A stretch of DNA of 64,000 bases from IMG/VR virus record IMGVR_UViG_2695420507_000016; one strand, 5' to 3'. The position numbers and the translations under genes are program-made. Positions 42,469 through 51,685 of this stretch are shown here, in pieces (position 1 is the first letter of the stretch; every line of letters starts with the position of its first letter). This DNA is from an uncultured virus (IMG/VR IMGVR_UViG_2695420507_000016). Taxonomy: Duplodnaviria > Heunggongvirae > Uroviricota > Caudoviricetes. The notes under the pieces are model-generated. The model did no database searches. It was not told the origin of the DNA and saw nothing but the letters and a program-made list of their open reading frames with translations.

Positions 42469-42509
42469 ATTATTTACAATGAGGAAAGCTTAGAAGTTAG
42501 TTAGTTCCA
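42469..42509 (-). promoter_or_regulatory. Orphan late promoter motif with hairpin
   Basis: TGGAAC-N29-AATAAT upstream of the truncated gene copy. Confidence 0.7.
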
Positions 42510-42528
42510 ACTCCACAAGAAAAATATT

Positions 42529-42783
42529 TTAGTTTTCGATATCTTTATCATCACATTCAAGCCAAAAGACATCTTCAAACTTCTCGCATACACCAGCTTT
42601 TTTTAGTTCGGTGTAAATGAGTAAGGCACGATAAACACTGATGTGTTTTCCTGCTTCTGCATCTTTTATATACCTATTAAGCACATGATTATTTGATATA
42701 AATCCGCATTGTTTAGCTAATTGATAAACTGTCATACCAGCTTGCTCTCGCAAAGTTGCGACATTGTTTTTTTCAACCATCAC
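42529..42783 (-). CDS. XRE/Cro-like HTH regulator
   Basis: LREQAGMTVYQLAKQCG; divergent from the antirepressor, AATTGCTATTA repeated in the intergenic region. Confidence 0.7.
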   Translation of the reverse strand: MMVEKNNVATLREQAGMTVYQLAKQCGFISNNHVLNRYIKDAEAGKHISVYRALLIYTELKKAGVCEKFEDVFWLECDDKDIEN

Positions 42784-42986
42784 GATATACCAAAAAATAT
42801 TTAGTTCAGTGTATCACAAGAACAATTGCTATTAAATATAATTTTATTAATACTCGTAATTGCTATTATATTTAATAGTTGTTATATTTAACTCATCAGG
42901 ACAGGATATGGTCTTGATAAAAAGAACCCCTTGTACCGATCAAAGTAAACAAGGGGTTATATCCAATCTCTAAGAGGAAATTAGAC

Positions 42987-43883
42987 ATGACTACTTTAAC
43001 TCAAATCACCGTACCTTTCCACAATGCTGAGTTGTACTTGGTGGAACATGATGGTCAGCCATATACACCCATGAAGCCTATTGTTGAGGGTATGGGGTTA
43101 GCTTGGCAGTCTCAATTAGCAAAACTGAATGCCAATCCTCAACGATGGGGTATAACGAAAATCGTTATACCTACTCTTGGCGACTTACAGGAAATGGTTT
43201 GTCTACCACTAAGAAAACTTCTTGCTTGGCTCACCACCATCAGTCCTAACAAAGTAAAACCTGAACTTCGTGACACTGTCATCATGTACCAAAACGAATG
43301 TGATGATGTCTTATGGAATTACTGGACAAAAGGCCAAGTAATCAATCATAGAAAAGCTATCTCACCTGAACAACAGCATGCTTTACATGCAATCGTCGAT
43401 CGTCGTGCAGGAAAAGATCGAAGTTTAAGAGCCTCTATGTGGATACGTCATAATCGCCACTTTGGAATTGCTAAATATAGCCAATTGCTTTCAATCCATT
43501 TTGATGATGCGAAGCAGTATCTTGAGACAATACCACTTCATGAGCTAGGCCCAACCGAAACAGATACACTTAAACGTTTAGAAAAATTTGTAGATAATCT
43601 CGCTGCACGGTATCCAGCATTAGAAAATCCGCTAGCTTATGAAATAGCACAGCATGTAGGTGAGAAGCTAAAGTATCAATCTCCCAAAGGTCCGAAAAAC
43701 TTCTGGATTTCGATTCAGGAAAACGGCGCTCTTTCAGTACAGCAATATTCTCTACACCACACGCCCATTAATGTCGTGCAACTACGCGAAAAGTTTAATG
43801 GGCTATGGGAGTTTCTTCATAAGGATGAAGTACTTGAGCTTGGCAAAGTATTAAAACGCTTTCCTTTTGAACCTGTGAACTGA
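42987..43883 (+). CDS. Phage antirepressor (P22 Ant N-terminal domain)
   Basis: VPFH...PYTPMKPIVEGMGLAWQSQ...CLPLRKL..WL.TI.P.KV...YQ.EC..VLW.YW. Confidence 0.9.
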   Translation: MTTLTQITVPFHNAELYLVEHDGQPYTPMKPIVEGMGLAWQSQLAKLNANPQRWGITKIVIPTLGDLQEMVCLPLRKLLAWLTTISPNKVKPELRDTVIMYQNECDDVLWNYWTKGQVINHRKAISPEQQHALHAIVDRRAGKDRSLRASMWIRHNRHFGIAKYSQLLSIHFDDAKQYLETIPLHELGPTETDTLKRLEKFVDNLAARYPALENPLAYEIAQHVGEKLKYQSPKGPKNFWISIQENGALSVQQYSLHHTPINVVQLREKFNGLWEFLHKDEVLELGKVLKRFPFEPVN

Positions 43884-43968
43884 AAGGGCATATCATTAAA
43901 TTAAGACGTTCCTACTGGAACTCCCCTTATATTAAAGCCAGCTATACAGCTGGCTTTCTTTTTAGAAC

Positions 43969-44286
43969 TTATCCAATATTTGGTGGTACTCGCAGAACCT
44001 GTAATGAAGGTACACCCCGATCTAGCGCATCTTGGACACAACGATAATCAGGATTATTTGGTTCATAACCAAGTTCACCACGGATATTACCCTTATGTAT
44101 TGTCATCGGTGCATCAAAACGCCCACGCATAAAACGACCAATAATAATTGTGTCAGTTAATGATTGATTGGTCTTTATTTCTGTTTTATCAGTTTTTTTC
44201 TGATATTGAATACCAGGCGCTTCACCTATGATTTGAGTTGTATTCATGAGTATTTCCTTAATTAAATGGATTATAGGTAAAGCCAA
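43969..44286 (-). CDS. Small protein resembling a tail sheath N-terminal domain
   Basis: APGIQYQ...IIGRFMRGRFDAP...LG...LQVLRV; probable start 44247. Confidence 0.5.
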   Translation of the reverse strand: MALPIIHLIKEILMNTTQIIGEAPGIQYQKKTDKTEIKTNQSLTDTIIIGRFMRGRFDAPMTIHKGNIRGELGYEPNNPDYRCVQDALDRGVPSLQVLRVPPNIG

Positions 44287-44308
44287 AAATGACCTTACCT
44301 ATGAGTAA

Positions 44309-45076
44309 TTAGTAAATACCTAAGCGTTTACCTTTTTTGAATGAACGTAAACGCTTGTTGATTGCATTTGCAGTAAAAGCATGAAGTCGAGCTTTTTTCA
44401 TACCAGCTTTTTGTGCTGCAGTTAAACGGACCTTTTGACCAGGTAATCGTTTATTCACAACGGTTTTGACACCTTGACGAATAGCCAGCACACCACGGTA
44501 GTGAATTTTTCGCCCATTTACTTTCCGTTGGCTAAATGCTCCATTTCGAGCTTTAATTTTTTTAGCCATTGAATCGAAACCTTCTTCAGTTTCATCTGCT
44601 TCACCGAAAATAAACTCACGAACCAGTTCTTCAAGTTCAGGGCCTTCGTCTGGCATATTAGCAAGAACTGTATTGGCTGCTGCTTCTAACGCCGCATCAG
44701 CAACTTCTGTATCATCACTAAAGATCTCTTCAATATCAGTAGCGTCAACGCCAAATGTTAAGAAAGCATCGGAAAGAGACGCCATCAAAGCGTTTTCATA
44801 GATACCGTCTTCATCATCTGCACCATCTAATGCATCGACAATTAATGCGTCTAAATGATCAACGCCCAGTTCACCTTCTTCAAGCTTACCTTCACTGATT
44901 GTATCTACCGTATCAGATAGAATGTTCAGAGCAATTTGTCGTACTTGTTCAATCACAGATTGCTGTTCTCGATCAGTACTTGAAACCTTACTTACAACGG
45001 TAGAAATATTCTCCGCTGCTGAATCAAAAGCACGTAAAGCTAAAGGTTTTTCTGTAGTTGGGCCAAATGGATTCAT
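44309..45076 (-). CDS. Acidic/basic internal head (scaffold/core-like) protein
   Basis: Acidic body, Lys/Arg-rich C-terminus, two FDS motifs. Confidence 0.5.
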   Translation of the reverse strand: MNPFGPTTEKPLALRAFDSAAENISTVVSKVSSTDREQQSVIEQVRQIALNILSDTVDTISEGKLEEGELGVDHLDALIVDALDGADDEDGIYENALMASLSDAFLTFGVDATDIEEIFSDDTEVADAALEAAANTVLANMPDEGPELEELVREFIFGEADETEEGFDSMAKKIKARNGAFSQRKVNGRKIHYRGVLAIRQGVKTVVNKRLPGQKVRLTAAQKAGMKKARLHAFTANAINKRLRSFKKGKRLGIY

Positions 45077-45094
45077 CTTGATAGATCCTTAAAA

Positions 45095-46390
45095 TTATTT
45101 AACTAAAACGTCGTCATCAAAAATTGCGGCACGAGTTGTACCAACAACTCCATGGGCTAAATAGAGTCGTACACGCTCATATGGATAGTCTTTGTCAGGT
45201 ATTAAACTGAACTCAAAAGGTTTACCACCTAGATCTTCAGCCGGTTGTAACCAACCGGTTGTTTCACTAGAAGCACCCTCTAAAAACTCTTGAATTTCAT
45301 CACCAGCTTTTTTGATATAGTCCGGTGTAGCTTGGAACATGTAAGTTCTAAGGATTTCGATACATTTATTCGTAACTCGTGCCGCAATCTCAGCTGCAGG
45401 AACTAAACGCAATGCACTATTTTTACTTTGATACTGGGTTAATACATCACTTAAAACGAATAATGTAGTTTCAAACTTAACTGGGCGAACTACATTTACT
45501 TTAGCCTTTGCCAACATTTCTTGAGTCTGTTCATCTTCAAGATCAATATTCGGCATCTGGCTTAAGTTTTTTGCTGTAAATGGATAATCTTTCCAAGCTA
45601 CTGCATTTTTTAACGGCGCAAAGCCTTGTTTATTTAACTTTGCGTTACGTAATAATTTATCGCCGATGTAATGGCCCAAATAATAAGCTGGGACCTTACG
45701 CCCTCTTAGTGTGACAGCACCAGATGGACGGCATAGGTTCGGACTCCAAATGAATTGAACAAACTGTGATTGTGCATCTACACTTGTCGCAAATTGAGCT
45801 GCTTGCTCAGCTGTAAAAGTTGGGTTGATTTCAGCATCCAAAGGAATACGTAACTTTGTAGCTGCACGTTGTGCCGCAACATAAATTGGTAAATCATGAG
45901 GATTTGGTAAAGTCAGATATGCTGGTGTACTTAATTGACTCGTCAGAATCTTATATAGTTCATCTGGATTAAATGATGGTAACGATTCATCTTCCAATGC
46001 CAATGTTTTTGAAGCACGACCTAAGCTATTTGATTCGTTATAAGCATTTGATTTGAGTATTGCTTGTAACGCATCAATACCTAACGATAAATCAAAACGC
46101 TCAAAATATTCTTTCGCATCAGCTACAGCGACAATAGAAGCAGAATTTTCAATGTCTCCATCTACTAATCCCTGAACAGTAACAATTTGATCACCTGTTA
46201 CCGCATCACGGATTTCCAAACGCATAGAAATATCTGCAGGACCGCGTGGGCTAGTTACTTTCGCAAAAAAGGCCACATTGATTTCTGTATTTGCAAGATA
46301 ACTGTGAGTATCAAATTCCAGTTTTAGTGATGGGCTGGCCCCTGCTACAAGGGATAGCTCACCTGTACTTGATAGAGCAAGTATATTCAT
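45095..46390 (-). CDS. Tail sheath protein
   Basis: C-terminal sheath pattern (LAKAKVNVVR...LT...SALR). Confidence 0.7.
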   Translation of the reverse strand: MNILALSSTGELSLVAGASPSLKLEFDTHSYLANTEINVAFFAKVTSPRGPADISMRLEIRDAVTGDQIVTVQGLVDGDIENSASIVAVADAKEYFERFDLSLGIDALQAILKSNAYNESNSLGRASKTLALEDESLPSFNPDELYKILTSQLSTPAYLTLPNPHDLPIYVAAQRAATKLRIPLDAEINPTFTAEQAAQFATSVDAQSQFVQFIWSPNLCRPSGAVTLRGRKVPAYYLGHYIGDKLLRNAKLNKQGFAPLKNAVAWKDYPFTAKNLSQMPNIDLEDEQTQEMLAKAKVNVVRPVKFETTLFVLSDVLTQYQSKNSALRLVPAAEIAARVTNKCIEILRTYMFQATPDYIKKAGDEIQEFLEGASSETTGWLQPAEDLGGKPFEFSLIPDKDYPYERVRLYLAHGVVGTTRAAIFDDDVLVK

Positions 46391-46423
46391 TACATTACAC
46401 GCCCAAGGCTATTTGTTTTAAGT

Positions 46424-46464
46424 ATTTTGAGCCGTTGGCTTTTTTGATTTTCTGGCTAGTTCCA
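46424..46464 (-). promoter_or_regulatory. Late promoter motif
   Basis: TGGAAC-N29-CAAAAT just after a terminator at about 46469-46495. Confidence 0.75.
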
Positions 46465-46508
46465 ATGTAAAAAAAACCACTCGAAAGTGGTTTTTCATTT
46501 CCTAAATT

Positions 46509-46808
46509 TTATAATCCGCTAGCAGGTTCTGTAGGCTCTTCTGCCTCAGTAGGTACAATTTGAAGTACATTACCTTTCAAGCCATTAATTTGATCTAGGT
46601 TATCTAGCAATTGTTTATGAGCTTCGTCACCGATCAAAGTGAATGTGACCTTTTGACCAGCTTGTACCAAAACTTGCGTAAATGGTTCGGTAATGTCACT
46701 TAAACCGTTATTTTGAAGTGTAATACTTCGTTCAGTAGGATGATCACCAACAGCATCCATAATTGGGTTCGTGCCATCAATAATGAAAATAGTCATCTTG
46801 TTACTCAA
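46509..46808 (-). CDS. Small virion-associated protein (paralog of the next gene's C-terminus)
   Basis: NNG...EP...V.AG....QLLDNL.Q..GL shared with 46801-47427. Confidence 0.65.
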   Translation of the reverse strand: MSNKMTIFIIDGTNPIMDAVGDHPTERSITLQNNGLSDITEPFTQVLVQAGQKVTFTLIGDEAHKQLLDNLDQINGLKGNVLQIVPTEAEEPTEPASGL

Positions 46809-47427
46809 CAGTTAGATTCTTACCAAGCCCCTTCAACTGACGTAAGTTTTCCAGTACTTGATGTTTAAATGTTTGGTTATGACACGTAATACTTGCTGTT
46901 TTACCTGCCTCAATAGCAACACGTGATAACGGTTCTAAAACTGTTGAAAATCCGTTATTAGTAACTTTAATAACTAGCGGATCCACGCTACTCCCACCTG
47001 ATACTGTTAACAAATCCGTAATGGGAGTATTAACTTTAGAAGTATCAGTTTCTTTAAGGACATGATCCGATTCCGTCCCCACATCATCACCAGACTTACC
47101 ACCATTTGAATCTAGATCATTTGAAGGTTTGACAGAATCATTCGATGTTTCAGTTGGATTTCCATTTTCTTGAGTATTGGACTCTTCATTATCTGAATCG
47201 CCATTTTTCAAATCAGTAGGTTTATTACCTTCATCTTGAGATGCGCCGTCTTCAGGACCTTGGCTATTTAACAAATCACCTTGGTCTGAAGCTTTTTCAT
47301 CACCAGCTTGGGTATTCTGTGTTTCTGTAGTTTTATTGGTTTTATTACGTGTGTTTTTTTGTTTAGTAGTCGCTTGTTCGTCAGTTGAAGCTAAAGTTTC
47401 GTCAGTGTTTTGTGTTGCAGCAGCCAT
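46801..47427 (-). CDS. Protein with low-complexity N-terminus and paralogous C-terminal domain
   Basis: Directly downstream of the capsid gene. Confidence 0.65.
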   Translation of the reverse strand: MAAATQNTDETLASTDEQATTKQKNTRNKTNKTTETQNTQAGDEKASDQGDLLNSQGPEDGASQDEGNKPTDLKNGDSDNEESNTQENGNPTETSNDSVKPSNDLDSNGGKSGDDVGTESDHVLKETDTSKVNTPITDLLTVSGGSSVDPLVIKVTNNGFSTVLEPLSRVAIEAGKTASITCHNQTFKHQVLENLRQLKGLGKNLTVE

Positions 47428-47490
47428 GAGATTTTCCTTTCAATAAATAGGGTAAAAAGGCGCATCGAAATGCGCCCTTATCTGTTTTAC

Positions 47491-49269
47491 TTACGAATTT
47501 TTGAGAGATGGCATATTGATACAGTGGATGACATAGCTTTGATCAGCATAACGTTCTAACGGGTTCATTTCGGCTGCTTGAGCACCGATTAAAGTAAGTA
47601 CTGATTCACGCGCATCTGGTCGAGTTTCAATAACTGAAAGAGGCGTTTGAATAAAGCCAACGAACGGCGCACGAATTGGCTCATTACCACGACCAACTAA
47701 AAGCATATCAAACGCTGTATCTGCTTCAGCTACAAGCTCTTGTGCTGTCGGTGCGTGGTAAACGTTTGTACCATCTGCAAGAGTACCAATACGGACAATT
47801 TGACCATAACCAGCAGTGTATCCGGTTTTAACTGGCATCTTGTCGCTTGACAGTTGATTAAAGAATACTGACCCAGTATCGCCAACATATAAGTCAAATG
47901 CTACGGTAGAGCCACCAGTACGTTGGTTAATATCCAATTTGGCAGCTGCAATAAATTTATTTACTTCCGCAAACAAGTCACCTGAAGTATTAAATGCAGC
48001 TGCTAATTTTCCAGTCACACCACGAGAAGCATCAAAAGTAACTTCACGAGCGGAGTATTCAGCTAAATCTTTTGCTTCACCTAATAAACGTACAGTTTGT
48101 TCTAAGAAGATTTTACCTTGAACAATTGCTAAAGCCTGACCCAGAAAACCAAGCTTAAGTTCGTTAGTTAACTGAGATTGTAATAGTGTTGAAGCTGTTA
48201 CCCGTGCCATGATAGGTGACGCAATCAATGTTTCATATTCAGGTTCGAAATCAACACCAACTGGGGTTAATAGATAGTTATCATTACCATCACGCGCATC
48301 AAAATCCGCCACAAGATGAACTTCAATTTTCGCACCAGCTGGTAATGCTTCATTTAATGTCACGCTAATTTTGCTAGCTGAAATGTCAATTTCGCTACCA
48401 ACTACACGATATTCAACGCCGTTTACTACTACGTCTTTCTCAGCAATAGCAGAAATCTTGCCTGAAAATTTTGATTTACTGCGATTTCGAGTATGCGCAA
48501 CTTCTTTACCATTGATCTTAATAGATACATTACCCGCAATAAATGGCAATAAACTCGCTTTGGCGTCAGGTGTTTTAGCCTTGAAGTCTTCATAACCAGT
48601 TCGTGCAGTCACAGTATAAGTTGCACCTGCGCCACCATTAGACAATGCAAAACGGAATCGTCCTTCAACATAAGGCTTAGAAGCATTTGCACCATCTAAG
48701 TATTCTGATTTCTTCATTGCACCAAAATCACGGTTGGTGATAAAGCGAATAGATACAATCGGTACTTCATTTGAGCCATTTGAGTTGGGAATCATAGCAA
48801 CGATAGGTGTTGCATAAGCGATAACGTTGGCGATAGTAGCAACTGTAATTGCTGGAACGATGCTTACAGATTCATGATGCTGGTGATTTACATCATCAAA
48901 ACCAGATTCATTAATACTATCGTAATAGCTAAGGGTCTCGGCAGGCAAAGCAGCTGCTTGTTTCGCACCACTTAAACCAGCAGTTAATGCAGCTGCAATG
49001 ATTGAAGGATGTGGTAATTCACCTCCATGACGTGATTGATATTGTGATACCCCAAACATCACAGCTTTATCAACTTCTGGCGCATATTCGATACCAATTG
49101 AATCAAAAATTGCTTTTAATACTTCTGGGTACTCATCTGCCGCTGTTTGAGCACTGTCAAACCCATTTTCAAGCTCTTCAGGACTTTTGAAATAGTAATT
49201 TCGGCACTGAACAGTAGCTAGTTGTTGAGCATCATACTTTTTACGAATTTCTTCTGTTAACACAGTCAT
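47491..49269 (-). CDS. Major capsid protein (P1 gp23-like)
   Basis: 592 aa, own late promoter and terminator, probable propeptide with FDS motifs. Confidence 0.75.
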   Translation of the reverse strand: MTVLTEEIRKKYDAQQLATVQCRNYYFKSPEELENGFDSAQTAADEYPEVLKAIFDSIGIEYAPEVDKAVMFGVSQYQSRHGGELPHPSIIAAALTAGLSGAKQAAALPAETLSYYDSINESGFDDVNHQHHESVSIVPAITVATIANVIAYATPIVAMIPNSNGSNEVPIVSIRFITNRDFGAMKKSEYLDGANASKPYVEGRFRFALSNGGAGATYTVTARTGYEDFKAKTPDAKASLLPFIAGNVSIKINGKEVAHTRNRSKSKFSGKISAIAEKDVVVNGVEYRVVGSEIDISASKISVTLNEALPAGAKIEVHLVADFDARDGNDNYLLTPVGVDFEPEYETLIASPIMARVTASTLLQSQLTNELKLGFLGQALAIVQGKIFLEQTVRLLGEAKDLAEYSAREVTFDASRGVTGKLAAAFNTSGDLFAEVNKFIAAAKLDINQRTGGSTVAFDLYVGDTGSVFFNQLSSDKMPVKTGYTAGYGQIVRIGTLADGTNVYHAPTAQELVAEADTAFDMLLVGRGNEPIRAPFVGFIQTPLSVIETRPDARESVLTLIGAQAAEMNPLERYADQSYVIHCINMPSLKNS

Positions 49270-49307
49270 TTTAAACCAGCCTTTGGCTTTCTATGTAAGA
49301 TGCAGAA

Positions 49308-49348
49308 AGTCTGACATGGCGTATTTTTACTAAAACTGGTCGGTTCCA
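49308..49348 (-). promoter_or_regulatory. Late promoter motif (capsid operon)
   Basis: TGGAAC-N29-CAGACT. Confidence 0.75.
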
Positions 49349-49423
49349 AACATAAAAAAGTCCCCAAAATTGAGGACAAAGAAAATGTAGCTAAAGGACC
49401 ATCTCAGCCCTTTATTTATATAG

Positions 49424-49726
49424 CTATCCGCTTACACCACTTGAAACATAAATCTCCACATTATCACCTGCTTTCACTTTATAACGGAGCTTATCCCAGC
49501 AATGCTGTCTAAACGGTTCAGTATCGGGCGCAGCAGCTGTTAATGTAAGAATAGACACCCAGTGAGAATCGTTTTGCGGATCTGCATATGGAATATTGCT
49601 TCCGAAAAACTCTACTTCTGCCCCGTTCCCGATTACCTGGTAATTGAATATTGCAGAAGTACATTGTTCAGCCATTTCAATGTCGCCTGTCTTTTTACCT
49701 TTTTCATTGAAAATTAAATAGCTCAT
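49424..49726 (-). CDS. Hypothetical virion protein
   Basis: Coupled 100-aa ORF. Confidence 0.6.
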   Translation of the reverse strand: MSYLIFNEKGKKTGDIEMAEQCTSAIFNYQVIGNGAEVEFFGSNIPYADPQNDSHWVSILTLTAAAPDTEPFRQHCWDKLRYKVKAGDNVEIYVSSGVSG

Positions 49727-50271
49727 TTAGTTTCTCCATCACCTATAGGTGAAATAAACAAATCATCTCTACGGTTTAAAACATACTTACTGCCAAAATC
49801 TGCCATGAGGCTAAAACCAGTAATATTTACAATCTCAAACCACAACATTAGGTTTTCATAAATCATTAAACCTAAAAGATCACCTTCTTTAAGAATCAAG
49901 TCAGGGATGTTGATTATCCTTTCCAAAACATCATCCAATTCTTCATTGAATGTCTCTACTTGAGCGGTTAGCACCAAGTCAGATGGGTTATTCATTGAGA
50001 AGTTCTTTTGAATATAACCACCATTAAATTTATCGAAATGAACATAAGCAGCGCCCTTATATTCATACTTGTAGTTGGGTTCGTCTTGAATCGATAAAGT
50101 GTTCGCTTCAAAAGAAAGAGGATCTAAAGGTTTTGAATCTTCAGCCGGATTATTGAAAACTACTTCTTTTCGCCAAATTTGCGCGGGAATACTTGCTAGA
50201 GCATTCATCACAACACGTCTAGCTGCTAAACGGCGTCCATTTGCAACTTGATTTACTGATCTATTTAGCAT
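49723..50271 (-). CDS. Putative head-tail joining protein
   Basis: Late operon; LKEGDL beta-barrel-like end. Confidence 0.45.
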   Translation of the reverse strand: MLNRSVNQVANGRRLAARRVVMNALASIPAQIWRKEVVFNNPAEDSKPLDPLSFEANTLSIQDEPNYKYEYKGAAYVHFDKFNGGYIQKNFSMNNPSDLVLTAQVETFNEELDDVLERIINIPDLILKEGDLLGLMIYENLMLWFEIVNITGFSLMADFGSKYVLNRRDDLFISPIGDGETK

Positions 50272-51391
50272 TTCGACTTAAACCCTTCATAAAGACATTT
50301 AACATGTCATTGTCGATTGCGCCTGATTTATGTAAGGCTTGAATTCTTTCAATTTGACTTGCTCTAACAGTTTCCACTTCAAAACGTTTGAGGGTTTTTA
50401 ATTCGCGTTCTAAGAGCTTTTTGGCAACTTTATCAGCTCTACGCATCATTTCTTTTTCTGCTTTTTGGATATTGGCTTTGATTGGCTTAACAGAACCATT
50501 CATCAAATCCATTACTTGCTCGTTAATTGAATTCTGTATTTGCTTATCTGTTTGCTTATACCGTGCACCTACTTGTTTCTTACGGTCTTTCTCTACTTCC
50601 TTTTTAAGGTAGGCAATCCCTGCTGGTGAACTAATCCACTTAACAACCCGCAATACATGCTTACAAGCCACACCGGATAAATGCGGGTTACGTATTTTCG
50701 GAAAGCCGCCCTCATCACGTCCCAAATTGTAGCCGCCAATAGTTGCCATATAGCGGTACCAGAACGTATGACGTTCGCAGTCACACTGAAATTTGATTTT
50801 GCCTTTAGCTAAGCGGTTTTTAACAGTGGTTAATGCCTGCTTGTCGATATCAAATACGACAGATTTAAAGTTTGAAAACTCAATCTCAACGTGATGATTT
50901 AAGACTTTACTATTTGGACCGGCATTCGTAAGTAAGTGCACTAATCCAGCTTTTCTGCTTACTGGAACCGCCAAATAGATTTGCTCATTTGCCCGGTCAA
51001 TATCGTCTTGTCGGCTTAAATTAATGATGTTTTGAGGGGTAATACCCTTACTATACTGATCTTTTAATAGTTGAATGTTTTCCTGAAATGCCAAGATATC
51101 ATCACGGGTAATACGCCGTGGTACTTCTCCATTTCGCTGACCTAATGTTGTAAAAAGTACCCTTTCGACATCATATTTTTCCCCTTGGGCAATATCTTGT
51201 GGTCGCAAGAACATAGGTTTAGGGATCTTTCGTCCCCAATCATCATATTCAATTTCTTTTTCTGCAAATGCCCGCTGTTCTCTATCTGCACGCTGGCGGC
51301 TCTGTTGATCTCTACGAACTCCACCATTTTGCAAAGACTGGTTTAATTGCAGCTGGGCACGGCGTAAATCATCTGGCTTGAATGCTGACAT
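50261..51391 (-). CDS. Phage protein with SWIM-like zinc finger
   Basis: FQCDC..H.FWYRY...ACKH. Confidence 0.6.
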   Translation of the reverse strand: MSAFKPDDLRRAQLQLNQSLQNGGVRRDQQSRQRADREQRAFAEKEIEYDDWGRKIPKPMFLRPQDIAQGEKYDVERVLFTTLGQRNGEVPRRITRDDILAFQENIQLLKDQYSKGITPQNIINLSRQDDIDRANEQIYLAVPVSRKAGLVHLLTNAGPNSKVLNHHVEIEFSNFKSVVFDIDKQALTTVKNRLAKGKIKFQCDCERHTFWYRYMATIGGYNLGRDEGGFPKIRNPHLSGVACKHVLRVVKWISSPAGIAYLKKEVEKDRKKQVGARYKQTDKQIQNSINEQVMDLMNGSVKPIKANIQKAEKEMMRRADKVAKKLLERELKTLKRFEVETVRASQIERIQALHKSGAIDNDMLNVFMKGLSRNAK

Positions 51392-51392
51392 T

Positions 51393-51671
51393 TTAATTAT
51401 CCTGCAAGTATTCTTTTTGAAGTCTTAAAAGATCAACAAGCCTTGGAAAAGCCACCTTATTAAGAGGTAACTTTTCCCAAACGCCGTTCACACCACACGC
51501 CACAAGTACTGCATCAATATGGTTTCTTGAACCATATATTTTCAAACTCAACAGTGATGGATCTTGAGATTCATCGTCTTTGATTTCCCAAACAATCAGA
51601 TTCTGAATATTATTTTGTTGAAGATTCCGGTGAATTAAGTCTCTAATAGCATTTCGATAATCATTTCTCAT
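51393..51671 (-). CDS. LysM-like baseplate protein
   Basis: DPSLLSLKIYGS......VLVACG pattern. Confidence 0.5.
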   Translation of the reverse strand: MRNDYRNAIRDLIHRNLQQNNIQNLIVWEIKDDESQDPSLLSLKIYGSRNHIDAVLVACGVNGVWEKLPLNKVAFPRLVDLLRLQKEYLQDN

Positions 51672-51685
51672 ACTGTTTTACCTAT

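Noticed and set aside
43908..43921. Additional late promoter at TGGAAC 43916
   Set aside because: Points into a terminator with no downstream gene on that strand
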